This document shows, piece after piece, positions 12,875 through 25,266 of a stretch of DNA of 64,000 bases. The number at the start of each line of letters is the position of its first letter. Positions within the stretch are counted from its first letter, which is position 1. The stretch comes from Asterias rubens (Eukaryota), in assembly GCF_902459465.1 (NCBI RefSeq), contig NC_047075.1:11222001-11286000 (forward strand), written 5' to 3'. The notes beneath the pieces were generated by a model, which saw only the letters and a program-made list of their open reading frames with translations, did no database searches and was not told where the DNA came from. The position numbers were made by a program, and so were the translations under genes.

Positions 12875-13260
12875 TTAAAGCCAGTGGACACTATTGGTAA
12901 ATGTCAAAGACCAGTCTTCTCACTTACTGTATCTCAACATACGCATAAAATAACAAACCTGTGAAAATTTTAGCTCGATTGTTCGTCGGAGTTGCGAGAA
13001 CTATGAAATAAAAAAATACCTTAGTCACACGAAGTTGTGTGGTTTCAGATGCTTGATTTCGAGACCTCAAAATCTAAACTTGAGGTCTCGAAAAATAAAT
13101 TCGTTGAAAATTACTTCTTTCTCAAAAACTACTCCACTTCAGAGGGAGCCGTTTCTCACAATGTATTCTACTATCAACCTCTCCCCATTACTCGTTACTA
13201 AGTGAGGTTGTATACTGATAATTATATTGAGTCATTACCAATAGTGTCCACTGCCTTTAA
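12875..13260. mobile_element. TTAA MITE family A (reverse orientation)
   Basis: TIRs AGCCAGTGGACACTATTGG / CCAATAGTGTCCACTGCCT with TTAA flanks. Confidence 0.85.
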
Positions 13261-13802
13261 GTATACGAATAATACAATTAAGTATACAAAATTATAAATA
13301 AAATAAAACTTTCTTCAAAATGTACTTTCTTAAACACTCCGACAACAACAGATGCTTGAATTACAGTTTAACTTATGGGGTACTCGCGTCGTAAAATTTA
13401 AACTGTACTCAGTAATCAAGAATTAATCTTTGTAATACTTTATTTATATCAATCCTGTTTGTTTGCTTTGATATGTACATGCTTTTATTTTAAACATCCT
13501 TTTACACAGATAAATACGAGATTATTACAATTACATAAAATAAAAGAGAACAACCTTCTTTAAAACTTCGACAACACAAATTTTTACAAAATCAGTTCAC
13601 TTTCACTAAGAGTAATTATTATAAAACAAAATAAGTCATTAGAAAGGATTTGCTACTGCGTTGATTTTTGCATTCATTTTTTTCTGATTCATGTTTTTTC
13701 AGTGGTTGAGTACACAATACTAGTCATCAAATAAGCTTCAGCAAATTTAAACAACACGTTTGAAACTTGTTGTACAATATCATAATGTTCAAACAGTTGC
13801 AT

Positions 13803-14577
13803 TTAAAGGGTCGATGTACTTTTTCCCAACAAAAAACACAATGTCCACAGATTTACATTAAACTTAACAAGTTTAAAGATTATGATAGCAGAAAGCTTCC
13901 CTTGAAATTTTACCAACTGAGATGCTGTATTTTTTTTTTTAAATGAGTAAAAGTAATAATTTTCGTCTCAGTTTTAGCATGCAAAAACGTATTAAAGGGA
14001 AGGTACACGTTTGGTAATTGTCAAAGACCAATCTTCTCATTCGGTGTATCCCATCATATGCATAAAATAACAAACCTGTGAAAATTTGGGCTCAATCTGT
14101 CATCATAGTTGCGATGAAATGATGAAAGAAAAAAAACACCCTTGTTGAACGGATTTGTGTGCTTTAAGATAGAAATAAAAGACTTCTAGCTAGAAGTCTT
14201 TTGTTATTTAGGTTAGAAATTAACTCTTTCTCAAAAACTACATTACTTCACAGGGTGTCGTTTACCACAGTGTTTTATACTAACAACAGCTCTCCAATGC
14301 TCGTTACAAAGTCAGAGTTTTGAGGTAATATTTCTTTTGAGTAATTACCAAACGTGTACCTTCCCTTTTAAAACCAGTTATGCTATGGTTTGGGTATAAT
14401 CTCATAACTGGTTAAGGGGATTTTATTTTACATGCTAAAATTATTTCGTTCTCATGATACCAAAATTATTTTGTGACCTGTTTTACTCATTTCTCAAAAA
14501 CTATCATTATCTACAAACCCTATAAATTTAATGTAAATCTGTGGACATTTAAAAAAAAAAGTACCCGAATCCTTTAA
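13803..14577. mobile_element. TTAA MITE interrupted by a nested MITE
   Basis: TTAA-AGGGTCGATGTACTTTTT ... AAAAAGTACCCGAATCCT-TTAA; interrupted at an internal TTAA. Confidence 0.75.
13992..14371. mobile_element. Nested TTAA MITE (AGGGAAGGTACACGTTTGGTAATT TIRs; family A-related interior)
   Basis: Perfect ~24-bp TIRs with TTAA duplication. Confidence 0.85.
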
Positions 14578-15664
14578 GGAGAACAACTTTCTTCAAAACG
14601 TACTTTCTTAAACACTCCACATAACAACAAATTATGTATTTAGCAGTTCACAACTAATGCGATATCCGCTTCATGAAATGTAAACCACACTTTGAATGTT
14701 GTTATAATGGTTTGTTGCTGTTTTATTTCTTCTGACATGTTGGTTTTCCATGGTTAAGTTAATATTTTAAATGATTCAAGATAATGTGATTAACATTTGC
14801 AGTATAACTGTAAGAAAATGTTTGTTGGGTCATTTATCTCATTTTTGTTTTTTAAGTTGGAGCCTGACTTTTTTAAAGGCACTCTGTACCAAACATAAAT
14901 GGAACTTATATTTTTTTCACAGGACTCGGGAAAGTACTGAGTATACCGTGCTAAAACAACATCGTTATTCTTTATCCCCGATGCAAATTTAACATCTCTG
15001 ATGAATTAAACTGTTATCTTGTCGCTGTTGAATTTGTGTAAACTTTGCCAAGGTTTTAATTCCTGCACATAATTTGGCTTAGTCAAGAAATGTTCGTTTG
15101 TGGTTTTCCTTTTCGTAAAACCTTTGACAACAATATTATTATTATTGTTTTATCTAAGCAACTTTACAAATCAATGTTTATGTTACATGATTCACACGGG
15201 AAACCAACATGCAAACTGCAGTATCGAATCAACCAAAACATAATTATATCAGTAGGACTTGAAACTTTGCATGGTGGAAAGAAGATATAGAAGGGTTTGC
15301 GGTAATACCTTGTAATGACTATCCCTAAATGAGTTGGGGTGGTTCTGAAAAGAACCATTGGTTAACTCGACGTTTCGACATATATCGACAAAAAATGTTC
15401 ATCTTAAAATTTAACCATCTCATAGCTACGGAATTGTTTATGTATATTTGTTTAATGAACTTGATTACGATTATTAACTTTTGAAAAGTGTTTGACAATG
15501 GTTTTTGTCACATCGTGCAATATTTTGTTATTAATTACAAGCGAGCATTCATAGAGGCTACTTTAATGCGGGTTTTCTTTAATTTAAATGGAAATTCAAT
15601 ATTCAAATAAGGAAAGGCAAATAGCTTCTGTTTGTGTTTGTTAAAGATATAAAAAAAAAAGATA

Positions 15665-16165
15665 TATTTTCATGCTGCATTTCTTCTGGGGAGTATCGTC
15701 GACCTGCCAAATCAATACATTTTAAATCGGAAATGTATTACTGTGGATAGTGTCTACCGTTCAAATAAGCAAAATGGCAGAAACCGAACCACTATGCACC
15801 TTCATTAGATTGGGCACAGTCGTTATGTTGTTATCATCATTATCTTTCGTTGAAAATGTTTTGCCATTACGATATGACGTTGCTGCACCTGCTGTGCTCT
15901 TATCATCATACGAACCAACATAGTTAGTGTACATGTCTCCTGTAATAGCAAACTCACCAAAAGAAGCCCAAGCTGTGTTGGACTGCCAATCTTCTATTTT
16001 CTACTCTGAGCTCCCTTTTACCCGATCCAGTAAGTTCACGCAGAATGTCTTTCCCCAAACAGAACTCATTCTGCAGATCACCAAACCCGGTTTGGTATTC
16101 GGCCCAGGTACGGTAAAAGTCAACAAAGCCATATTGTCTCCTCTGGATCACGGTCCAGTCTCCTT
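15665..16165 (-). pseudogene. Intronless FReD pseudogene
   Basis: GDWTVIQRRQ..EYQTGFGDLQNEFCLGKDILRELTG..(frameshift)..STAG..YRNGKTFSTKDNDD..DCAQSNEGA*WF..CHFAYLNG..KKCSMKI. Confidence 0.92.
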
Positions 16166-16589
16166 AATTTGTCACCATATATGACAGTAAACATGTAACA
16201 CATCAGTCAGATTTATGGCACAGGTATTACACACAGCAAATTGCCATACACGCGTTTCGAAAATGGCGTATGCGCGTCCATAAAAATAGTCTCACAACGA
16301 AACCGCACGCACAATGAGACACTCGGCGTTCTCCGGGTTCTATTTCTATGGTTAGTTCGCAACATATAAATAAGTTTTAATGTATCTTAATAACCATTAT
16401 GCAATTCATAACAAACAGTTTCACACGCTTTTTAAAGACCAACTCGTCCGATCCAAGGCAACGTGTCAATTTAAGTGAAGACTAATGAGGGAGGTAAAGT
16501 GTTAAGCATGATCGTTTTTACTAGTAATTTGATAAAAACAAAAACTTTTCATAATACAAGCTTGTTCTCTTTAACAAAAAAAGTGCACC

Positions 16590-17430
16590 AACATTTTTCT
16601 TTCAGTGTTCCTCCTTAATGAATAGATAGAAGAGAAATCAATCTGACCCGCTGCTCACTCGAATGGTTCATTGAGTAAAAGTTGCCACTGTGTCTCTAAT
16701 GAAACTTGATTTAACAAAATGTATTTTGAGGTTAGTGTTGGCATCCCAAATACAAAAAGCCACACAAAACTGTGTGAGCTCTTATGTCATATATTCATGT
16801 TATGCTTTACTCGTTTTCCTTTTTTTTCCTATCGACACATTCCCCCAAAAATATATTTGTAAACACAACCAAATTGTCACGTTTATGTTAGATCGAGTGA
16901 GATGTGTTTGACACGGTGTGATAAATTTGAAATCTAAACACAACAATTGATATCGCGTTTTAAATAATTATATGCGTTTTGTAGATTTCCATTCTGAAGC
17001 AATTTAATTAACCTACAAAACGTTACAATATCCATTCAAAGGCACAATCATTGGCACCTCGTCGTTATTGACTTCACTGGTGTCATGGTTTTAATTAGGC
17101 TTTTAAAGTGTACTGATTAAAAAAAATATACTGACAAATGTTAACAACAAAACTGAACTTAAATTCAGGTGGAATAGAGCATGATACAAGTCATATGGTG
17201 CACGTCATTTTATTGTTTAGTTATAGCCCTAAATATTAACGCATGTTTGTGTTACTTGTGGGTATAGAATTTGTCCTTGATCAGTCCATTAACCACGGTA
17301 ATGTGTACCTGTTTAAGTCTTAGCTGAATAGATAACGAAATGAAGAACATAGCGCGCCAACATACTTGTTTGCGTTTGCTAATAATTTGACTGTCAAGGG
17401 ACATTGCACATTTCATTCTAAAACCTTGTC
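16590..17430. repeat. Old paralog of the FReD gene 3' flank (~30240-32168)
   Basis: Shared blocks such as tgacccgctgctca, ctcgaatggttca, gtttaagtct.agctgaatag. Confidence 0.75.
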
Positions 17431-17565
17431 TTAGCCACGACGTGGAGATTGGCGGCGTATTTTGATTTCAGTCTTTGCAATACGAGACCCATTCCATTCA
17501 CTAGCTCTAATAACTCGTTTGTATGAACCCATAGTATCACCAGGTCGGATATATTCAGCATTAAG
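17431..17565 (-). pseudogene. Stranded 3' half of a paralogous FReD last exon (LNAEYIRPGDTMGSYKRVIRASEWNGSRIAKTEIKIRRQSPRRG*)
   Basis: Closely matches the end of exon 32169-32452; homology stops abruptly at 17565. Confidence 0.9.
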
Positions 17566-20107
17566 GGTACTGGGCCGAATAAATAAAAACTAGCAGTTAC
17601 TTATCCTAATGGCAAAAAGATGTTACGTTTTCGAGACTCTTGCAGTAAATTACAAGAAACGTGGTTTAAATTCAGTTCAAAAGATACATAAGCTTGATAT
17701 TATAATGAAGAGTTATCGTATTCTTGTTGAATGATGCAATAAGATAACAAACTAATTCAGGTCCGGAAGTGGTGAGTCATTAAGGAACAATGGGTGCCAC
17801 TCGTTAACTGGTACTGGCAATTTTCATGGTGATTGCATTTGTATAGGATTGACCGAAATTAGTTTATGATGGCTTTTTACCTGGAATTAAATGAACGAAG
17901 CGATTAATTCCAAAGTCATTAGTCTTGACAGTATCACGCTATGGCACAATTTTATACTGAAGTTCACTCCAGTGAACCCTAGAGTAAACCTTACACACGA
18001 TAGCTGGCATGGTACCGTTTGGTCTTATTTCGCACATTGGCTTCTCACATAATATTAACTCCTTTTTTTATATATATTCGCCGCTTGCTGCTTTTTTTCA
18101 AACGTTCTCACTGTGGTTTCGGGGAGGGTACACACATCATCGTTCCCAATATGTGAGTCACTCCCAATTACCGTCTTGGAAAATTGTACCGAGATGTGCA
18201 CACATGAATTGGACCTGCCAGGGAGTGGGGGGGGGGGGGGGGGGCACGGAAAAAGGCGCCATCAACGTTGATACTCGTCTCATTTACGAGCATGCATTAC
18301 ATGCACGCAGTCATTCATGCAGGTCGCATCACACGTACGTTTGGAGGTGAAGTTTAGTTTGTGCGCGTGCTCGATCTGTACAGACACGGTTTGTCACCCT
18401 GACTGCTAGGTGTACCATACCAACACGCACAAACTCCGGACGCCGACTGATCCACACGAGAAACCGATAACTGAAGTTAGCTTTTAATTCGAACGGTACA
18501 TTTTGAAAATCATAAAAATCGATTGGGTAGAATGTTTTTTTTTTTTCACATTGTTAGAAAACTATATGTTTAAACAAGAATTTGAAAAATCTAAAGCGTA
18601 GAATGGTTAAATTTCTCACCTTCGTCGCGTTTGTGACACTGTTTTAAGGACGTCGTACCAAGCAATACTTTACCATGCCTGGCCATGCGCCTGATGTCGG
18701 AGGGACGAATGCATTTTCAAAATAGTCTTGTCTAAATATTTGTCCACTCCAAACACCTGACAAATACACTATACATATAGAATTGGTAAAATGCTGCCTT
18801 ACTTTTTTGTAATGGTACGTTCACACAGCAACTGGGAAATAATTGCGCTACCTACGACCGTTGCATGATTGTATCGCACTGCGACTGTTGCATGCACGGC
18901 AGGATGTGGGTATTGGAGATGCGTGGCACTTGTAATAGCAGACAATACCATAAGCGACTTGTCATCAAGTCCTCTCGTCCTTGAATATAACCACTATAGT
19001 CTACATATTGGTAGGGGGCCAGTCTAGTTCACACTTAAACTGATCCTATGTCTTTACCTGCGAGGATGAAGACATGTACTGGTTTTACAGAACCAGTGAT
19101 ATCATTGGATACCATGTATGGCTGTACGTACATACACATCATTTCAATGTTGTTTTATATGCATACCTGTACGTATAATTTAAATTCGAAATGAATGCCA
19201 GATCCACAGTACATATATACCATGTGACTGTCAGGATTTTAACGCAGGCTCATTGGCAAACTCTGGCGTAATTGACGAGCCTGGAAGTATGACGTGTTGC
19301 TGGCTACTATAGTGCTTACTCCATCATGCTCCGAATACCTTCATGGTTTGATTCTACTTCTGACCCCCCACCCCTACATAGTTTGGCGAAAAGATCAACA
19401 CTTTTCGTGACTCTTGCAGTAAATTATGAAACCTAAGGCTGGATATTCACGTACCTGTGCCCCACATTGTTCTACGCGCAAGCGCCCCAAACGGCCACAA
19501 ATGGCCACAACTTATTTTTTTTTTCGTTTTCACGAACAGCCACTTTGTGTATTGCTCTAAAACGCATGGAAATTTCCCTTGCACAGCAACAAAAAGTAGG
19601 ACGTCCGGCTTTTGCGTGTTCACGAACAGCAACACGACGCGCTGCACACAGACCACGTTTTGTACAGTTTTCATGAAGAGGCACTTTTGTTTATTGAATA
19701 ATTACTAATTAATTAAACCATTACGGACAAAATTGGAAACAGATTTGTACGATTTAGGATCTCTACTTTCCTGATATGTAAAAATGTCAAAGATTAAACA
19801 TCGAAAAGTCTACGAACCAGTGATTTCAAAATTAGCTTAACTTCAAACGCGATTTTCTCCAAACACATTTTTGGCTGCATGGGACATTATGTTTGTCCCT
19901 TCGTGAAGACGGTAACGATTTGGTAGATGACAAATGAACACTTAAAAGTGTGGTCCAATGAACAATTTAAGGCAATAAAGAAGTGCTACTTGTAAGACTA
20001 GCATTTTTGTGTCTTTTTTTTTTATTGATGTCCTCTTTCTACAACAATACATAACAATAGTTCGACATTTTACCAGTAGAGCTGAAAGTAATTTATTTAA
20101 TCCCCTT

Positions 20108-20502
20108 TTAAAGGAACACGTTACCTTGGATCAGTCGAGTTGGTCTTTATAAAAGCGTTTGTAACCGTTTGTTATAAAATGCGTATGGTCAGAAAGATGT
20201 TTTAAAAGTAGGATACAATGATCCACACAACAAATTTTCGTCGAAATTGCATGGTTTTCCTTTTACTTTGCGAACTAACACGGTCGGTCATTTAAGGGAG
20301 TCAAAAATTTGACTCCCATAAATGGCCGGCCGTGTTTGTCGACGAGGTAAAAGGAAAACCATGCAATGTCGAGTGATACCTGTATGGCTCATTATATTCT
20401 AGTTTTAAAACATCTTTCTAATCATATGCATTTTTATAACAAATGAATACAAACGCTTTTCAAAGACCAACTCGAGCGATCAACTGCAACGTGTTCCTTT
20501 AA
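20108..20502. mobile_element. TTAA MITE family E (AGGAACACGTTGCCTTGGATCGG ends)
   Basis: TIRs plus TTAA; absent from paralogous sites near 25915 and 62800; relatives at ~24600, 29905, 50640, 55430, 57812. Confidence 0.85.
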
Positions 20503-20709
20503 TGTTAATACATATCCATGAATAGTACTGGGTTTTTCTTATTCTAGTGACCCATCGAATAAAGCAAACATTGGGTACCAAATCCTGTTCAAAGTTGTCC
20601 TGTTCAACACGACTGTTTAGTTTTAAACAACCCAGAACTTTAACTGCATATTTACATAATTTGGGTCCTTAATACAACCAACCAGTTTATGTAAGATATT
20701 GTATAGTCA

Positions 20710-21002
20710 AATAATAAACTACAAGGGAAACTGACTGGGTACATTTTTAAATGATTTAGGATTGAACAAAGAAAAATTGACTAGAGCGGAATTTGAACCA
20801 ACGACCTCCGATTTAACGTGCCGGCGCTCTACCAACTGAGCTATCTAGCCCTATATTGGTGGTCTCCCAATTTTGTCAACATCTTTGTTCGGGGGGTGCC
20901 TGTCAGAAGCAATTAAACAGCAAACTGCCGTGTAGCCAGGGATCCGGAGGTCGTTGGTTCAAATCCCGCTCTAGTCAATTTTTCTTTGTTCAATCCTAAA
21001 TC
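20710..21002 (-). mobile_element. tRNA-derived insertion with inverted tRNA-like arms and 14-bp TSD
   Basis: TSD ATATTGTATAGTCA at 20696-20709 and 21003-21016; inverted arms ~20755-20815 and ~20944-21002; A- and B-boxes. Confidence 0.85.
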
Positions 21003-21686
21003 ATATTGTATAGTCAGTGACAGCTTGTTCTTAACAAACCGACGTTCAGAACAAAATCTCAGCGAAAAGCACGAGCAAAATATATCTGAAGGTACGATTT
21101 ATTTGGGCTTCTTAACTAGTACGTGGCACCTGATACCAAACTAACAAACCCGTTTTTGTAGGTCTATTGGATGGATTTGCAAACCTCAAAATGGTAAAGG
21201 TTGATTTAACAAAGTTCTATTACTCTTATTGTGTCCTACTTAGAAGCACGAGTGTTTTCATATCACTTTTTAAACACTACGCACACGCCTTTGATTTTGA
21301 CAAAATGCGTATCCTACATAGATTGAATTGGTAATTGTGTGGGATCTTAACGAACAGTTTGTATAATGGGAATGGACCCCAGCAATGCACAAGACCAAAG
21401 GCTGAATCTTAATTTGAACATGATAATACATACTGTACATACATTACAACTAAACATCAAAGTCTGTGTAAATCGACCTCGAGAGTTTTTGGACTTTTTT
21501 AAGCTAAAAAAAAAAAACAGCTACAGTGAGAAGCCTATCCAATTCAAAATTATTCTATAAGTTTTTAAATGTTTGAATGACATTGCTACACCTTATCTGT
21601 CTAATATGTTTCTTCTTCGCCAAACTCACCGTCCAGGACTCCGTTTTTCTTCCGAGTGTCAATTAAAAATGTTGTTGATATTAAAT

Positions 21687-24600
21687 TTACCATACACCAA
21701 AGTAGCAATTGTAACCCCTTTTGATTGATAAGTGGTATCATTTTCATCCTTTACTCGTTTTTTTACGTCAGACTTTACAGCCCCACTCCCCGGTTCATTA
21801 TCTGGTGGCCTAATACATCTGTGTCATGACCAGGATTCGAACCTACAAACCAATGCTCTTGCCACTATACTTTGAATTTAGTGCGAAAACCATTCAATCA
21901 AAACTTGCCTGTGAAATAAAATCTTACATGCTCTACATTTAAACATTGTTTTTAGAGCTTCACACAAATTTACCTTTAAAGAGGACATTTTAAAATTTAG
22001 AAACCATTCTTAAAGCTCGAAATCTTAAACATTATTATCCCAAAATATTCTATGATTTGTGCAATATTTTTGTTCGTATTTTGTTTTGTGTTTTTCAATT
22101 ACATTATTTGTTTACTCATAACAAAGACTATTAAAAATCCTTAATCATCCATATGTTATTTCCTAAATCGTATGTAGTTTATGTTTAAGATAATCCAAGC
22201 GTTTAAAAATGACTTCAACTACCATAGTAATTCCATAAATACTAAAACAGATATAATATTACATGATAACTCAAACAAAAAGTCGATATGACACTTATAA
22301 TGTAAGGTAACGTAACGAAAGGGTCATGGTTCCATATATGATTGTGTTTTTGTCATAAATCATTTTCCAAAGCAAAATATAAAACAAGTACTACAGTTGC
22401 TGATCACAGATTCATATGTATTTTCTTTTTCACGGTCATTGTTCTAGATGTTTGTCTAGATGTGTTCGAAAAAACAAAGGGAATTTTAAATCTTTGAAAA
22501 CTCTTTGATCATCACATGTTTGCTTTGACCTTCTCAAAATAATGAAACTATACAAATTCAATAAAATTTCCTTGTTTAAGTATGCTTAAAGTGGCTACGA
22601 ACCACGGAACTTGTCCCTAATATTTTGGAATTATTCTACAACATTTTCAGGGAATCAACGAATTGTTGAAGGGTTCTGATTTGTATGTACAGTATTTTGA
22701 AACTGATTACGAATAAAATTCACACAAAGCTGTTCGTAGCGAGGGGCATTTAAACCAAATCAAAAAAAGAGTATCCAGAAGAAAGAAGTTGTCTGATTGT
22801 TTCAATCATTAGTCAACATTTTCTGTAAAATGCAAAATTATTTTTTTTTTTTTTAAGTACAATGTTTTAGTGCTGTAAATACTTGATTGTAAACTAAACG
22901 GAAATAAATCGTGTAAAACATTGTGAGATAGATTGAGCCCATGGAATCCAAACGATGACTGTCCTAATAAAGGTATCTTCAATGAGGAAATCACAATAAC
23001 ATATGGAACAATTCTTAAAAGTTGTCATGATACTCGTTTATATGTTCGACTTTGCAAAAATTGTCATTAGTTTTGGGGAATTGTTGTGTATTCCCTAAAC
23101 CATCTCAGCTCCCTTGTTAGCAACCAGCCTTTGCTGTGACTTAGATCACTAACACAATTCAAATAATCACAAAGACTTATCTCTCATTTAACAATACATA
23201 CCCAGCGACCGGGATTTAAACCCACACCCCATTGCCCTAGCCACTGTCTTTGTTCATTAATTGACGCCAAGTACAACTTAATTCAAACGTATTTTCTGTG
23301 TACACATTGTTATTATTAAATTACAACACTGAAAATCAAAAACCATTCTTAAAACATAGTTTGTTATCCACAATTTTGTGGTAATTTATGGGGTTTTTTA
23401 AGGCTTTTTTGCCAGGTTTTATCTCATGAAATAATATATTAATTCTTATTTTTCTACTTATAAATCGCAACTGGAATGTTGAAAATTAAAACAACAACCT
23501 TTTTTAAAAATGGTTTCTGAGATTAAATTTTACCAATAATATATCGATACAATTAACACCAATATCATTAAAACGTATACAAAAAATAGTCAGATATTAG
23601 TGCAGATATTAGTTAAATAGGTTACAATTGAGGCACAAGTGAAAATCGAATGTGACTGAAGTTGATCGATCGAGATTAGCATATGATACTTACGATTTAA
23701 ACAGTTTTTTTTAAGTGTGGAAATATTCCCTAGTATAGGCAACTTTTTTAATTTTTTTTTTTGTTATTGCCCAATGTTGTTTACGTTTATACGAGTTTGG
23801 AAAAGTGACCAGCTGTGTTTTTTGGGGGGAGAAAGAACCGCCAAAGTAGTAAATTTGTGTAATTTTGATGAAGTCACATTGTCTACGAACAATTTAAAAA
23901 GCGGCAAACTAATTACTTTTTACTTCTACGTTGCAAATTGTGCCATACAAGTAATTATCCGTTTGTTAGATTATAGAGTACTTTTTAAATATGTAACTAA
24001 CATCAACTTCAATAAGAAACCATTCTTAAAACAGTATGTCGGTAAACTCTTTTTTCTTTCAAATCGACTACAAATGTTTTGTTTGCTTTGAATTGACCGT
24101 CACCCATTGCTGATAGATTAATATCCAGACATGCCTAACCTAACCTTTTTCCTAAACTGTAGAGTAACTTATTTCCTTTATTTCGAAAATAAATGTACTT
24201 TGGGTTTGATAACTTGTTCTGATATTTTAAAAATGGTTTCACAAGCTAAGTATCTACGAAATACAATGAGGTACATACCACGGTTACAACAATGACTAAT
24301 AAGTGTAAAAACTTAACAACTTCGAAATTAAGGCAAACCTGGTAAAAGTTAATTGTGTATAAATTATGATATATATTCATCCGAAAGAAAAATGTATTCC
24401 TTTGGGAACTTGATCTCATTGCGCTGTATATTCCCAACCCCGTATTTGTTTTCATTCACAGTGCATGGCAAATTCAATTAAGGCTGCGGTTGTCACACCA
24501 TACGTTCCCATACAGTAAAGCTTTGCATCAAATAGAAGAAACACCAAGTCACAGAGCAACTTGTCCGCTCTCATTGGACCGTGATCTTGCTTCAGTTTAC

Positions 24601-24766
24601 TAGGAACGCGTTGCCTTGGATCGGTCGAGTTGGTCTTTGAAAAGCATTTTAAAGCGCTTGTTACGAAATGCATATGGTTTAGATAGATACTTTAAAAGTA
24701 GAATATAGTGATCCACACAAACATGACTCGAAATTGCACGGTTTTCATTTTACATCGAGAACAAAC
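21687..24766. repeat. Segmental duplicate X', near-identical to 27007-30070
   Basis: ORFs recur at ~5.3-kb offset; very few differences. Confidence 0.95.
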
Positions 24767-25266
24767 NNNNNNNNNNNNNNNNNNNNNNNNNNNNNNNNNN
24801 NNNNNNNNNNNNNNNNNNNNNNNNNNNNNNNNNNNNNNNNNNNNNNNNNNNNNNNNNNNNNNNNNNNNNNNNNNNNNNNNNNNNNNNNNNNNNNNNNNNN
24901 NNNNNNNNNNNNNNNNNNNNNNNNNNNNNNNNNNNNNNNNNNNNNNNNNNNNNNNNNNNNNNNNNNNNNNNNNNNNNNNNNNNNNNNNNNNNNNNNNNNN
25001 NNNNNNNNNNNNNNNNNNNNNNNNNNNNNNNNNNNNNNNNNNNNNNNNNNNNNNNNNNNNNNNNNNNNNNNNNNNNNNNNNNNNNNNNNNNNNNNNNNNN
25101 NNNNNNNNNNNNNNNNNNNNNNNNNNNNNNNNNNNNNNNNNNNNNNNNNNNNNNNNNNNNNNNNNNNNNNNNNNNNNNNNNNNNNNNNNNNNNNNNNNNN
25201 NNNNNNNNNNNNNNNNNNNNNNNNNNNNNNNNNNNNNNNNNNNNNNNNNNNNNNNNNNNNNNNNNN
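24767..25266. other. Assembly gap (500 N)
   Basis: Run of N; ORFs spanning it are artefacts. Confidence 1.

Noticed and set aside
19447-19708. Four overlapping ORFs on both strands
   Set aside because: No recognisable domain or splice logic; looks like a stop-poor internal part of a repeat.
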